Positions 25,301-38,859 of a DNA stretch of 64,000 nucleotides are shown here, piece after piece. Below the pieces are notes generated by a model. It was not told the DNA's origin. It ran no database searches and was given only the letters and a program-made list of their open reading frames with translations. Each line of letters opens with the position of its first letter. Position 1 is the stretch's first letter. A program made the position numbers and the translations under genes. Origin of the DNA: Phoronis australis (taxonomy: Eukaryota; Animalia; Phoronida); contig NMRA01000012.1 of the NCBI GenBank assembly GCA_002633005.1, forward strand, positions 1,987,992-2,051,991, in the 5' to 3' direction.

Positions 25301-28300
25301 CCCATTGATTAAATACTCACGAATTTTATCTATGTTTGACCTGTCCTCATTAGACACTTTCATTCATTCAGCAAGGGAGTGTACAAACGTTTTGGGGGCC
25401 TAAATGTGCACTGAAAATTCAAAATAGTCAAGTGTTTGTTGCAAAACATAGAAAGTAGTAGAAATCATGGAACTTGATGAAACTTAAGAAGTGGCGAGAG
25501 TAGCGAGTCAGGCTGAAGTCGGCACCATCAAAAGAAAATATCGATTCTCATTGATCTGGGCTAACACTTGACTTGCTTAAGTTCCCCCAAATAGTACTCT
25601 GACTTCTGGTGTATCTTCAGTTCCTGACAATAGCTATAGATTGAAGTTGAAATAGGCATAGCACAGGAATAATTTTATGTGCGCTAATCGTCATTGGCGC
25701 AAAAAAGCAAAAACAATTTCATTGACTAACTATGATTGCTCAACTCGGGTCAACGGACCCATTAACATTAGAAGTGAAAAACGATAAAAAACTAATATGT
25801 CCCACAGGTCCTCTAAACTGGTACCTAGACTTGACGCCGTGTGAGTCAATTCCCTCATATCAAGGTTAGTCTAAAATGAACCCTTATAGAATAATGAACG
25901 GGCATCATCTCATGGGATATATCTAAACATACTAATGCGTCTACAAAACAATTTCATCTTTGAATTCCCTACAGCGACAAAAGAGGTCCAAGCCTCAACA
26001 AGTCAGTAAAGTCATTTACCTCCTTCAGGTGTCGGGCCTGTTGGGGAACAGCATCAGACGCCTTCACCTCAAACGTCCTTCCGCCAATATTAACATTAAC
26101 GTTCGGAAGCTCATTGAAAGCGTTCAGCAGCTGGCCTATCCTTTGATCGACTTCCGCTTGGGTAGACTCGTACTCCAACATCTGAAGAATATGGTAAATC
26201 ATTGTACCACGTTGTTCTACAGAATAGTAATAAACAAAATACTTGTCTTTAGAGAGTTATCTGTAAGTATGCAGCAAACTGGAGCAGACCTGGATCTACA
26301 GCTGATTGCTGTCATTCCTCTTTGATGCTGGTTGTGGTCGAAATGTTCCTCGTGGTCTTAGTACCTTAGTATACTCAAATGGAAAAAAGGTCTACACGAA
26401 AAGTAAAGAATGCTTCAAGAAAGCAGCTGTTTTCGAGATTGCATCCTGGATCTGCCTCCCACACGGCTGACTCAAGGTGACCAAAGGAGCCTAGGGACTA
26501 CAGCCACAGGTTTCTTAACACTAACTTTGCAATTTCCGAATTCTTCCTTGGCATTACCTTCTGTTTATATTCACACTCTCGTGTTCTTGTTTCTTCTTCT
26601 AAGATTGATTCAAAGACATCCTTTTCCTTCTTCCACTGTTGTTTCAATCTTTCTATTTCCTCGAGTTGCTGCCTTTCCCTTTCCTGCGACTCTATCACAG
26701 CGCTTCTTAAATGCTGAAAGCAAATTAATTTTATAAAAAATGATGCGGAATGCAGTACATCGTCGCCGTTAGGTGACCATTGAAGAGTAAATTCTCATGT
26801 AAAACGATTTATTTTCAACCGATTTTGAAGTATTGTGGCGTCAATTTTGATTGAAAACTGACGACTTTAAGTGACCTGGGGTGTCTTTCATGAAATGTGA
26901 CTAAAGACTCTGAGAAGAAATTAAATTTTACTTAAACAAAAGTGCAAAGACTCTGAGGATGAATGCATAACTGCTTATTACTGAGATAATTTTCTATAAA
27001 TTATTTCTAGAGTGTGATGTTCTCGTAAATACTTAGCTACACCTTTTACCGCAATTGCGATGTGGATGCGCAAGACCAACTTTTTATCTTTTAAGACAAA
27101 ATCTTAAGACGCTTTTATGGAGAATCGCACAACATCGACTATGTCACACGTTATGATCACACCATGCGAATCTTGGGTATGGAAATTTTTAAAATCACTT
27201 TAAGTTGAGGTCGCTTCCAAGTTGTTCCTTACTCCAATTAAAGATGATGTCTGGGCTTGAAACAGGGAACAATACATCATAATTGCTAGACAACAGGCTC
27301 AAGAAGTTGTCTGTCACTGAGGGTCACTGTTAACGTAGAGTATCATGATCTCGAGACAAACCATGTCTCATTACAGTAAGAAAACCGAGACAGTTCTATA
27401 GCAGCTGCTGTAGGTGATCTAAATCAAGCTAGTTTCTGTGACGGGATACGACTCTTTGCAGCAACTTTAACTATGTCCTTTCTCCCTAGAAGTTAATGGT
27501 TTCGTTCAATGTAGTAGTGGTAAAATTAGATACAAGTAGGCGCCCAAAGCCCACAGTATCACCTTGAGCACTGAACGTAACTTACGGTGCGTAGGCGCTA
27601 CGTTCAAATGCCAAAAGGTGGTTGGCTGCGCCTACGTGCGTCTACGCTCCACTACAGCACTGGTTTCTTATCTCACCTGCTCATTATTCTGCATCTCATT
27701 GATCTTTGCCGTCAAAACATCAGTTTTCTCAGTGTTCTGACATCCAATTTTCAGGTCCTCTATCTCTCTTTTTAATAGCTGTATCTCGATTTCGGCATCT
27801 CTCACTTGTTTTCTAGCTTCAACGACGGAGAATTCAAGTGAGGTGGCATAGTTCTGAAACGGAGAAGTGGCAAGAGATATACTTATGACCAAAACTAGAC
27901 GCAATGCTGCGTAACGAGACCAGTTGATGCATAAAAATTGAGATTTTTGAAGTATTGATTTTCCATTCAAGCCACTCAGATTCACTTACCTCCTTGTACA
28001 TTTTCAAAGCCTGTGAAAAGAAACGTCTATTGTCTAGGTTACATGAGCAGGTTCAAGTTAGGCGACACGATGTGCTATAAAACCTTACCAGACTAGTACT
28101 GAGATCCTCGTGCGGTTCAGGTGGGTTATCCAACCGTAAGAATTGTTTCACAGGTTTGCTTCGTGCGATCTCTCTGTGTGCAAGTACGTTGATTAAAAAT
28201 TCACCCAGTCCTTGTTGTCTCTTAGATATAAAATCTGGAAAAGCGTAACGTTTCAAAAATTGCGATCCTTTATTCACAATCCTAAGGCAAATGACTATTT

Positions 28301-29439
28301 TACATGGTTTGCAGAATTCTTAACTGCTGGCTTATTAAGATGGACCGTGTTAACAAACTTCGCTTCAACAAGGAGTCAACAGTTCTGGGTTTAGGTATTG
28401 TTCAAGATAATAAGAGTTCCTACATTCTGATATTTTGAGACTACCATCAGTGTGACATTCTAAACAACAGGAGGTCGTATTACATTAACGACGAAGATAT
28501 GGAGTCTGATAGGCTACACTGACCTGGGTCAAAGTTATTTCTAAACCATCTTCTCGGGGGAAGGTTGAGGTGAAACAAGGGAAATTGTCTCCTGAGCTAG
28601 AAACAGAAAAGGGGCCACTGTTTAATTGTTTACTCAACGAAATTCATATCAAATCAATTAGTTACACAATTAATAATACTGAAACTTTGGTTTTGGTAGA
28701 GTATACATATAAAAATATTTACATATACGTATGATAAAAAGTGCCATTGCTTTACGGGAAGGAGCCCGCTAAGTTCAATGTCCTAATTCCAAACATATAT
28801 GAATATCAAAACACGGGGGCCTGTTATTTGGCGAATATCCAGATGCTCCGTTCATATATATGCAAGACAGGCAGCGAGTTATATAGCGAAATATGTAGCA
28901 TTTTTCAACGGTTCTACGAGCCTAAGTTGCTCTAACCTGTTTGTTCAGCAGATAAAAGTCACTATACCTCCGCAGCACTACCCACTCTTTAACGCCCACG
29001 GCCACTTGGATCTTGTAAGCCTAGCAAAAGACATCAATAACAATGTTCAACACGTGTATTCAAATTATTCAAATACATTACGACTATTTCTTTTCTTTGC
29101 GCTTTTGAACTTCATCTAATAGCCGATGCGATCACCTATATTTCACGATCTTTCTAAAATTAAAAAGTATTTTAAACAAACTGTTCGTTTCCTTCTGCAA
29201 CATAGGCTTTCATACAAAACTACCGTAAATCTTTCTCTGGCCACCATGTCTTCTGTCCCTATTATCTCCATGTCCATGTTCTCGTATGGTCCGGGACTGC
29301 TGAAGGAAGAGCTCAATCTGGACGGGTTGGAAGTGGTCCGGCGGGGGGTACACGACCTCCGTACACTGTCCAGGAAGCGGAAGTCTTCTGTCGACAGGTA
29401 GCGCTCTTCGTCAAGACTCATGTTAAATGACCGGTTCAT
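22304..29439 (-). CDS. PX-domain sorting nexin (SNX16-like) with extended C-terminal coiled coil, ~526 aa, 13 coding exons
   Basis: Exons (plus coordinates) 29224-29439, 28937-29020, 28524-28596, 28089-28234, 27990-28010, 27677-27853, 26558-26713, 26020-26181, 24275-24541, 23592-23635, 23097-23153, 22902-22953, 22304-22429. All GT-AG, phases consistent, 1581 nt. PX motif: ERFTAYKIQV...WVVLRRYSDF...LRRQFPLFHLNLPPRRWFRNNFDPDFISKRQQGL...FLRLDNPP. The last four exons are less certain. Confidence 0.85.
24766..25009. mobile_element. MITE with CAGTGGCGGAT-type TIR and 5-bp TSD (hAT5-like)
   Basis: CAGTGGCGGATTTAG ... CTGGATCCGCCTTG; TSD ACTAA on both sides; contains an N gap (24891-24976). Confidence 0.75.
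27507..27662. mobile_element. Second (older) copy of the 156-bp hAT MITE
   Basis: Reverse-complement similarity to 734-889 (e.g. CCTTGAGCACTGAACGTAACTTACGG, CCACTACAGCACTG); degraded TSD GTTTCGTT/GTTTCTTA. Confidence 0.85.
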
Positions 29440-29491
29440 GTTGACTGAAAGAAAACATGGCTGGAAATTTTTCACGCAGGAACTGATGTTT

Positions 29492-29547
29492 GGATTAAGG
29501 GTGTAAGCCTGGATGAAGGATGTAAGCCTGGATCAAGGGTTTAGGCC
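29492..29547. repeat. 19-bp tandem repeat, ~3 copies
   Basis: GGATTAAGGGTGTAAGCCT / GGATGAAGGATGTAAGCCT / GGATCAAGGGTTTAGGCC. Confidence 0.6.
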
Positions 29548-29675
29548 GGTCTGTTTAAGCACCTTCCTTCACAAAAATCAAATTTTGATTTTGATTCCCT
29601 TGCCGTTATGAATTTCGTTCCAAATTGATCCTTAGTCAAATTGTATGTGATTTCAGGGCTTCGAAGAAAGATATT

Positions 29676-31198
29676 CAGTGGCGGATCTACGGGGGGGGTT
29701 CAGGGGGTTTAAACCCCCCCCCTCGGGCCAGGANNNNNNNNNNNNNNNNNNNNNNNNNNNNNNNNNNNNNNNNNNNNNNNNNNNNNNNNNNNNNNNNNNN
29801 NNNNNNNNNNNNNNNNNNNNNNNNNNNNNNNNNNNNNNNNNNNNNNNNNNNNNNNNNNNNNNNNNNNNNNNNNNNNNNNNNNNNNNNNNNNNNNNNNNNN
29901 NNNNNNNNNNNNNNNNNNNNNNNNNNNNNNNNNNNNNNNNNNNNNNNNNNNNNNNNNNNNNNNNNNNNNNNNNNNNNNNNNNNNNNNNNNNNNNNNNNNN
30001 NNNNNNNNNNNNNNNNNNNNNNNNNNNNNNNNNNNNNNNNNNNNNNNNNNNNNNNNNNNNNNNNNNNNNNNNNNNNNNNNNNNNNNNNNNNNNNNNNNNN
30101 NNNNNNNNNNNNNNNNNNNNNNNNNNNNNNNNNNNNNNNNNNNNNNNNNNNNNNNNNNNNNNNNNNNNNNNNNNNNNNNNNNNNNNNNNNNNNNNNNNNN
30201 NNNNNNNNNNNNNNNNNNNNNNNNNNNNNNNNNNNNNNNNNNNNNNNNNNNNNNNNNNNNNNNNNNNNNNNNNNNNNNNNNNNNNNNNNNNNNNNNNNNN
30301 NNNNNNNNNNNNNNNNNNNNNNNNNNNNNNNNNNNNNNNNNNNNNNNNNNNNNNNNNNNNNNNNNNNNNNNNNNNNNNNNNNNNNNNNNNNNNNNNNNNN
30401 NNNNNNNNNNNNNNNNNNNNNNNNNNNNNNNNNNNNNNNNNNNNNNNNNNNNNNNNNNNNNNNNNNNNNNNNNNNNNNNNNNNNNNNNNNNNNNNNNNNN
30501 NNNNNNNNNNNNNNNNNNNNNNNNNNNNNNNNNNNNNNNNNNNNNNNNNNNNNNNNNNNNNNNNNNNNNNNNNNNNTTGTTGTCAACGGGATTCAGCTTA
30601 ATAAAGTGATACTTAATTGTTTATTGTCGCTTTTAATAATAGACTATGAGCTGAGAGCACCATCGTTCGCCAGTTTTTCTTGTAACGAGACAGAAAACAT
30701 GTTTATTTCCGGACTAACAGTACAGGTCTTCGTTATTAAACAGCTTGAGGCTGTTGCGATCATCTGATATTCAAGTTTTTACGCCCCGTCGGTGCTTCTT
30801 ATGCTCTTGAATATTTGGTAGTTGTCTAAACCCCTGTATACACACCACACTTTTTCGTATGCTAAAAAGGTGTGTGTAAGCAGATGTTCCAACAAAAAAA
30901 TTTGCTGGTGGTGTGACACAAATATGGTTTCACAAAACTTATGAGCCAAGTTCATGTGACGAAATCGAGAAGGGTTTTTAATTATCTTAAGAAAGACTAC
31001 AGGGACATGTTAAGTGCCAGAAACGTACCAGGATGCATGGAAATTTCACTGTTTGGCTACAAAAACAAAAAGTTGTCTTACACGGGAGGGGGTTTACCTC
31101 CCTCCTGACCTCCGCCCCACGCTCGGCAACACGCACCTCGGATTCGACCTTTGAGGGACTCCTAACCTCCCCTTACTGAAAACGTAGATCCGCCACTG
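29676..31198. mobile_element. Non-autonomous hAT-like TIR element spanning an assembly gap
   Basis: Perfect 16-bp TIR CAGTGGCGGATCTACG/CGTAGATCCGCCACTG; flanks GATATT/GATATG (near-perfect 6-bp TSD); N gap 29734-30576 inside. Confidence 0.75.
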
Positions 31199-34100
31199 GA
31201 TATGGTTTGTAAATGCATAAGACCACGTTCTACAAATTGCTCATTTTATGAGCCGAGCAAGGTCTCAAGGAACAAGAACCACGCGCTTCTCTTACGAAAA
31301 AGGTGCAAGTTGAAACCAACTTTACACCAGTAAGTGGTTTAAGAAGTTAAAAACGTTGCTTCTTTAACGGAACGCCGGGATACCTTCGGCAATAACGCCA
31401 ACAAAAAACTATAGAGTTTTTTATTGTTTGTAGTAACGTACGACGTTGATTTTCGCCGACAGGGATTGCCTAGTGTACATAATGGCCTCTGCACTATCTT
31501 GTTTTGTTACCCTTATTTTTGACTCAAGTGCAAAGCATCGACTCGAGAGTCCTCGCAGAAGGGTTCTCGCTAAAAACATGCCAAAAGTCATCAAATCATT
31601 TCAATTCATTCCAAAAATGAGGAAATCCTTTCTTGAAACACACGACGAAAATGAACGTTCGGCAGGTTGACCCTCTTCAGCATTGTTTGTAAATATCCGG
31701 CCACAAAAGTGACAACGAGAAAGCCAAAATACGTGGGAAATCGGGGATTTCATACTACACGAAACCCCAAGCACCCTTCATAAAACTCAAGATGTGTATT
31801 CACTACAGTGCATCACGTGAGAGACGCGATACTCGTTCGTACATGGATTTGCAATTTCATGTCTGTGTTCTGATGCTTAACTTGACAACATCATTACTAA
31901 CACATATAATCTGAAACGAACTTAGTAGGCAGCCCACTTACACAAATCCCACAAACCCTCGAACTCAACTTACACTGCATAGCCTACACTTCGTAAGCTT
32001 TATATTATACACGGACACGTCTTCAGATTTCTCTGTTGATTTTCGTACGCCAGGGGTATAGTCGAGGGAAAACGGGAGTAATCGGCTCTCTCTGTTTTAA
32101 AGCCACACGGACGCGTGAACTTAGCCAAATTCCATTTTCCCAATCAAGTGCCAAATTTCACGTTATGTTTCGTTTCCGCAAAATTAGCGTATCTTATTTA
32201 AGTGGGCATCACTTTTTGGTTTTTGTGCATGTCCAACGCCCCCCAATGTCGTAAGCCTTCACACAAAAATGTATCAGGCTTCGTGCAGAACACAAAGCAA
32301 TATGGTGAGCCGCTTACAGTGCTTTATGTGTACGTCACGTTAATTTCTTGGCGACTCTTGGGAATGACGACATGTGAAAATCGTTCGTTTCACCGGGTAA
32401 TAACGTGAAATGTGACTGCGGGTCTTGAATGTAGCCTGTTCAGGATTCATCATACACGGCGGTAACCCTTGTCTGTGACTGTGGAATCGCTATTTGCATA
32501 CAATTAGCTAAGAATAGGGTTTCGTGAAGAACGACTTCCTCGTGAAATCGATCCAATTCATTTCAGAAAAATACAGCGGTAATCCGGAAAGTTTTCAAAC
32601 AATGTAACACGTTTTGGCACTGATAAATTCGTCTTCAAAAAGCTCACAAACAACATCAGTAAGACATAGAGACCGACCTTTTTCTTTGACTTCCACGTCG
32701 AAAACGAACAGAGCACTTTAAAAATGGCGAATCAGTGTTCAAAGTTGTTTATACTAAGAACTGCCGCTTATCTCAGTTGAACAGATACGGTAGTATCTCC
32801 TACCAATAGCAGCTTTGTTGAAAACGACCCAAATGATTTGGAATGATGGACAATGAAAATCATCTAAGTAATAAATCGTTCAATGCTTAGTGCATTTTAA
32901 GCATTTCGTATTTCAAAACTTCTAAATAAAACTAAAGAGCAATCGGTAAAAAACAAAAACGGGGATGGAAGTAATCAGTCAAACATGACTATGTCTGGTC
33001 TCGAAGTCCACGGAGATAAAGAGCGATCCTTAGGTGACTCGGTCAAAAGTCAAGACTTATCTATATCTAGTGTAACATTCTCAGCTCCTTCAAGGGGCAT
33101 TAAACTAGAGTTATATGCCAGAAATCAAGTTTTGATTTACGCCACTTAATTGCCGCTATCGAAAAATAACCCATCAGAAATTTTGTCTTATAAAGGTCCA
33201 CTTAACTATAATAACCATTATCTTACTCGACAAGAGTGCTAAGTCTCTCAGCCTTTACACACACCTGCTAGTTCTCGCGATAATTTCTATAATGAATTAT
33301 TACTCATATGTGGTGCTCTTACAATTATTTGCCGAACATTTTTCATTGTGAAGTGGGAGAGTAACTCAAAGACCAAATTTAATTCTGCAACAGACAAGTG
33401 GAAGTACTATTTTAGTGCACACAACACTTTCTAATCAAGGACTAACAAAGAACAAAGTGATGAGAGTCACAACAAACCGCGGCGATGACGTCAACATCCG
33501 GTTTCGGAAATGCTCGAACGTTGATTTTCCTGAACATGGTATTCATTTATCAAATAAGTCACTTATGTTTCCTTTACTAGCTTAAAGGTTCGAAATCGCG
33601 GAATTTTTCAATAAAATCTAGGAAAATAGTATACGTCTAATGAATAAAGTACCAGTTTAATGTCGCATCAAGAACTAGGTTAGCGGTGCTGCACTATTAC
33701 CCCGGCGGCAAAATATACATATGCAGCAATAGCAGGCATTTTCACTTATAATTTCAGGTCACGTGATCATGGATGAACAGGCACGGCGAGAGAACTTGTA
33801 TCAGTTAAAATCTGCTCACGGCGGCAGTCACAAGAAGCGTCACCNNNNNNNNNNNNNNNNNNNNNNNNNNNNNNNNNNNNNNNNNNNNNNNNNNNNNNNN
33901 NNNNNNNNNNNNNNNNNNNNNNNNNNNNNNNNNNNNNNNNNNNNNNNNNNNNNNNNNNNNNNNNNNNNNNNNNNNNNNNNNNNNNNNNNNNNNNNNNNNN
34001 NNNNNNNNNNNNNNNNNNNNNNGTTACAACAAAGGTCGACCTGCACACGAAGGATTTCATCGCACGCAACATACTAAACATGACTATGTCATTTTAAATG

Positions 34101-34236
34101 AAACAAAAATAGTTCGAGGCCTTTTTTCAATGAAAGTGTGATAGAGTCAGGTATCCCATAATCCAGAAATTGTGTAACACGATTGGATATTGTGGATGAT
34201 TATCTCTTGTGACAACTAAGACTTGTTTCCTAACAA

Positions 34237-34322
34237 CTCGTGATAGCTCAGTTGGTAGAGCGGAGGACTGTAGTTGGTACATAGCAATCCTTAGGTCGAT
34301 GGTTCAAATCCGTCTCACGAGA
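34237..34322 (+). tRNA. tRNA-Tyr(GTA) with 13-nt intron (34274-34286)
   Basis: CTCGTGA-TAGCTCAGTTGGTAGAGC-GGAGGA-CTGTAG-[TTGGTACATAGCA]-ATCCTT-AGGTC-GATGGTTCAAATCCGTC-TCACGAG-A; all stems pair; A and B boxes intact; T-run terminator at ~34328. Confidence 0.92.
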
Positions 34323-36312
34323 TGTCCTTTTTCGCTTCTCTATAGTTTTAATCTGACAGTATTGGATATTTACTGGAATCCAGGACAAATTACTATAGCT
34401 GATGAGTGTACATGCAACCTCCCCTAAATTACAAAACTGGCTGAATGGATTCGTATGTAATTGTCAGATAGAAAGCGCTCCACTAAACGCTATTAAAAAA
34501 ATGTTAAACACACATTTACACGAGAGGCTGTCAAAAATAGCAATTGAAGGGTGTTTATGAAAACATTGACAGCTTAATAACTGATGACGTAGACAATTTT
34601 AATGGCTGTTTTCAGATTTCATTTTGAATATTTACGTCAAATGAGATTTAGTCCTGCTACGTATACCGTCGTGTATGAAATCGGCAAGCGCACGGGGGAG
34701 GCTCCCTTTACACAGAAGACGGTCTAATCGTAAGTGACGGATCAAAACATCACAGTACAGTCAAAACATGCGAGATAAAGTTTAAAAAAATAAACTTCTG
34801 TTACTACAATTTGCGCACTTTTAAATTGAAACTTAGGTATTCATTTTATATACAGGTGGTAATGACTTCCTGGTACTCCCTATATTTACACTTTGTAGTA
34901 ACCTGCCACATTAATTAGTTTACATAATCAGTTGTGTACGTGCTCGTAAAAAAGAGAGAAAAACAAATTCTTATACATTACAAGCTAACATTTCGTGTAT
35001 ATGCATCGTGGAATTTCATTCACAGGGTATTTGGTAAAGATACGCGGTATTAACGTTTAACAAAATATGAACCGCCATAGGAACCTGACTTTTAACTTGA
35101 GTTACACGATACTATGTATACATACCTATACGAGACTATTGTTGTACTCTTGGCACTTGCCATCGTTGCTCATGCTTATAAGTTCAAAACCTCTCCCAAT
35201 AAAAATATTGAGTTTACGACTTACTAACCACACCCGTCGTTATTGAGAAACCAATATATGCTTGAATCTCTCTTGACATTTAACAGAAATTCAACGCATC
35301 TGCAACCAATAAACGCCTTTTAATTTAGTTTTGATTTTTCTCAAGCTGTAACAAACATCCGTCGTGGTTTGAGACTCATGAGCATAAACCATGAACTCGA
35401 GCACAAAATGAGGCATCTACATGTTGAGATCGGAAAAAAGTATAATGGAAATGCCAAAAATAGTTTAGTGTTCGACTTCAAGAATAGGCTCCAAGTAGAC
35501 TTGAAAATTCTGCTGCGACCTTCACCTTAGCTTCAGTTTCCCACACTTTGTTCACCGACGATTTTTTTACCTTTTCATCTGCAATATTTGCCCGCCTCGC
35601 CATTGTCCCTGACGCAAATGTCTTCGTACCGCTTTCCTTTTCATATCCCTTTTCCTCTGTGGGTTTGAGTCATAAGTAACTACAATAAACAGAAAAGTTT
35701 TTGTCTGATGATTTTTAAAATCGGCAAGTCAGTTCTAATTATCAAAAGCCCGTCTCTGCCTAGGCGTCTGTTAAAAGTACGTTAGCTCATCTAGTAATTG
35801 GTGAAAAGTCAAGTATGAGAGGGTGTAAGTTATATCGTTGGCCGGCAAAAGGGTCTCTCGGCCGCCAACATCTGTAGCCCGTAGTCCCTGCAGTGAACGT
35901 GTACGTGCACTTTTAGTAGTATTTCAAATGTTCAAGGCCATAACCTGCCAAAAGTACAGTTTTTAACGAAATAATGCACAGTTACAAACACGGCTCTACA
36001 CATTGATGATCTCCTGCAAATCTTATAGCTTAGAGCAAGCAATATGGTATTAATCCGGCGCTACGCTTGACAAGTGTTGACAAAAATCCCGAGCTGTTAT
36101 CGTTGCTCACTGCTGCGGTGCCCCTTGGTTTGGATCTCTCGCACTCATGCGCTTGTTATTAGGCGGCGCGCATAAAAACCTGTGAAATACTCTATTGCGG
36201 ACAAATGGAAACTCTCTTTTATATTTCATTGCTAAAGCAATTTAAGCACTTACCATACCACGCAGTATGCATTAAAAATAATAGAAACAGACTCTGTCAC
36301 TACTCTCAGCTT

Positions 36313-36398
36313 CTCGCGATAGCTCAGTTGGTAGAGCGGAGGACTGTAGTTGGTTGTTGGCAATCCTTAGGTCGATGGTTCAAATCCGTCTCGCGAGA
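36313..36398 (+). tRNA. tRNA-Tyr(GTA) with 13-nt intron
   Basis: CTCGCGA...CTGTAG-[TTGGTTGTTGGCA]-ATCCTTAGGTCGATGGTTCAAATCCGTCTCGCGAGA; acceptor stem CTCGCGA/TCGCGAG pairs perfectly; TTTT at ~36406. Confidence 0.92.
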
Positions 36399-36468
36399 AA
36401 ACACGTTTTCATGCAATTTTTGGGTAGATATCTTGAACGACATTACACTTTTTAGCAATTTACCACTT

Positions 36469-36523
36469 CTCGCTGTAGCCCAGTTGACTGTTTAGGTCGA
36501 TGGTTCAAATCCTTCTGGCGAGA
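36469..36523 (+). pseudogene. Internally deleted tRNA-Tyr relic
   Basis: CTCGCTGTAGCCCAGTTG joined to TTAGGTCGATGGTTCAAATCCTTCTGGCGAGA; anticodon arm and intron missing. Confidence 0.7.
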
Positions 36524-36890
36524 AATTAAAATTTTCACGCTTTCCATGATGTCTTACACGTGATTTCAGTTTTACATGTGTTAGGACTTCACGGGGAAGT
36601 TCCCACGGTATAGCGGAGAACTGGGTAGATTTCAGCGTCTCGCGGCTAGAAAAATAACGTCAAGATCGCGTATTCTCCTTTGAAACACACGCGAAGTCGT
36701 GCTTTTTAGCGATGATCTGGCGTAGGTCCTAACGTTACTGAAATCTGAACTCTATCCTGCAGTGGGTCACAGGCAACCCTTCCAGGATTAATGGACTTCA
36801 AATCCGACTCGCGAGAAATTACCATTTTCATGTCATTTCCGCTTACGCAGCTTACATAACAGTTCAATGCTAATTAAGTTGTTTATGACT

Positions 36891-36991
36891 TTTATGATAG
36901 CTCTGTTGGTAGAGTGGAATACCGTGGTAGATGGAAACTTGGTATGCATACTATATCTGGGTTGTGTCTCGATCAAATCCGTCTCGCGCGA
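36891..36991 (+). pseudogene. Degenerate tRNA-Tyr-derived relic (duplicate at 38521-38621)
   Basis: GATAGCTCTGTTGGTAGAGTGGA at the 5' end and TCAAATCCGTCTCGCG at the 3' end; middle diverged. Confidence 0.55.
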
Positions 36992-38068
36992 CAACCTTTT
37001 TTCACACAGCGTCTATGTGGGTGTGTGGCACATGATATTTCACAATTAGAAGGTACCAACGGAAGCAATCAAGATCTCGTATTAAACAATTTCCAAAAAA
37101 ATAACGGATAGCTGCTATTTGATGGTAATTAAAAATCAAATACACATTTTTCACGCACAAAAAAGCTCTTCAAATAGCGTTGCAACTTTTTGAAAATTAA
37201 TCAAGCGCTAAACCATACTAGATGTTTCAAACTGACAAAAGCCGCTTGAAAATCGAAGGGCCTGAAAATGGGCGACAAGTCAACAACTTGCCGTGTCCGT
37301 AGTTGCAATCGTCTCGAATTACTTACTCACACATTTGGCACATCCAAATTCTTTATAATTCCAAGGGCAGTACTAAAAATAGCCTTACTTTACACAATAC
37401 CGTTCTTTCAAGGAATCCACGACGGCTGAAATTTACCCAAGTCAAAAATAGCTACAATAAATAGAAACATTTATGTGTGATCCAAACTTTTGATGATTTT
37501 TAAGAAGAAAGCCACTTCAAATTATAAGAGGAACGTAGGCGTCTCTTAAAAGTACGTTGGTTCAACTGGTAATTGGTGAGAAGTCGAGTACGAGAGGGTG
37601 CAAGTTATATCGTTGGCGAAAGGGTCTCTCGGCTGTCACAGGGTCATTCTTAACAACCGATGGCTGCAGGTTTATCAATGAAGTCACGTACACTTTTTGT
37701 AGATAGACCAGACAATATTTCAAGGCCATAAAAGGCGCAAAGTGCAGTTTCATACAAAATAATATTACTACAGAAGCACAGTTACAATGATCCCCTGCAA
37801 ATCTTACAGGTCAAAGCAATAATGGTATTAATTCGGGCACTGTGTGCTTCAATGATAAACGTTGACAAAATAGACTGTTCACGTTGCTGGGACTGCCCCT
37901 CGTTTTGCATTTTTCGAAGACTCACGCATTAATAAATAAAAATACTTTATTGCGGACAAATGGAGACATCTCTTTTATATTTTATTACTAAAGCAATTTA
38001 AGCACTTGCCGTACCACGCGGTTTGCATTCAAAATGATAGAAACTGACTCAGTCCGTGATTGCATATA

Positions 38069-38154
38069 CTCGCGATAGCTCAGTTGGTAGAGCGGAGGAC
38101 TGTAGTTGGTTGTTGGTAATCCTTAGGTCGATGGTTCAAATCCTTCTGGCGAGA
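38069..38154 (+). tRNA. tRNA-Tyr(GTA), intron-containing, probably defective chimeric copy
   Basis: 5' part nearly identical to the 36313 copy; 3' end CCTTCTGGCGAGA gives a T:T mismatch in the T stem and G:G in the acceptor stem. Confidence 0.7.
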
Positions 38155-38859
38155 AATTAAAATTTTCACGCTCTCTATGGTGTCTTACACGTGATTTCAG
38201 TTTAAATGTGTTAGGACTTCTCGGAGAAGTTCCCACGGTAGAGCGGAGAACTGGGTAGAGTTCATTGTCTCGCGGCTAGAAGAATCAAGATAAAATCGCG
38301 TATTCTCCTTTGAAACACGCGCGAAGTCGTGCTTCTTAGCGATGATCTGGCGTAGGTCCTAACGTTACTGAAATCTGAACTCTACCCTGTAGTGGGTCAC
38401 AGGCAACCCTTCCAGGATTAATGGACGTCAAATCCGACTCGCGAGAAATTACCATTTTCATGTCATTTCCGCTTACGCAGCTTACATAACAGTTCAATGC
38501 TAATTAAGTTGTTTATGACTTTTGTGATAGCTCTGTTGATAGAGTGGAATACCGTGGTAGATGGAAACTTGGTATGCATACTATATCTGGGATGTGTCTC
38601 GATCAAATCCGTCTCGCGCGACAACCTTTTTTCACACAGCGTCTATGTGGGTGTATGGCACATGATATTTCACAATTAGAAGCTACCAACGGAAGCAATC
38701 AAGATCTCGCATTAAACAATTTCCGAAAAAATAACGGAAACATCTCCCCCCCTCACGAACCCGGTATAAATCACATTTACACCCAAGCCTTGAATATGGT
38801 GCATATGGTGTAAAAATGATGTATGTGAACGGTGCTTTACACCCCCACCATGAACCCTT

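Larger units (their letters stand above)
35705..38738. repeat. Tandem segmental duplication carrying tRNA-Tyr and relics (35705-37108 vs 37490-38738)
   Basis: Matched blocks such as TAGGCGTCT..TAAAAGTACGTT (35761/37536) and TATTGCGGACAAATGGA (36193/37948); near-identical ORFs 36867-37049 and 38497-38679. Confidence 0.85.

Noticed and set aside
29625-30767. Long ORFs of 300-380 aa in the ORF track (also 33763-34081 and 56543-57519)
   Set aside because: They consist almost entirely of N-gap positions.
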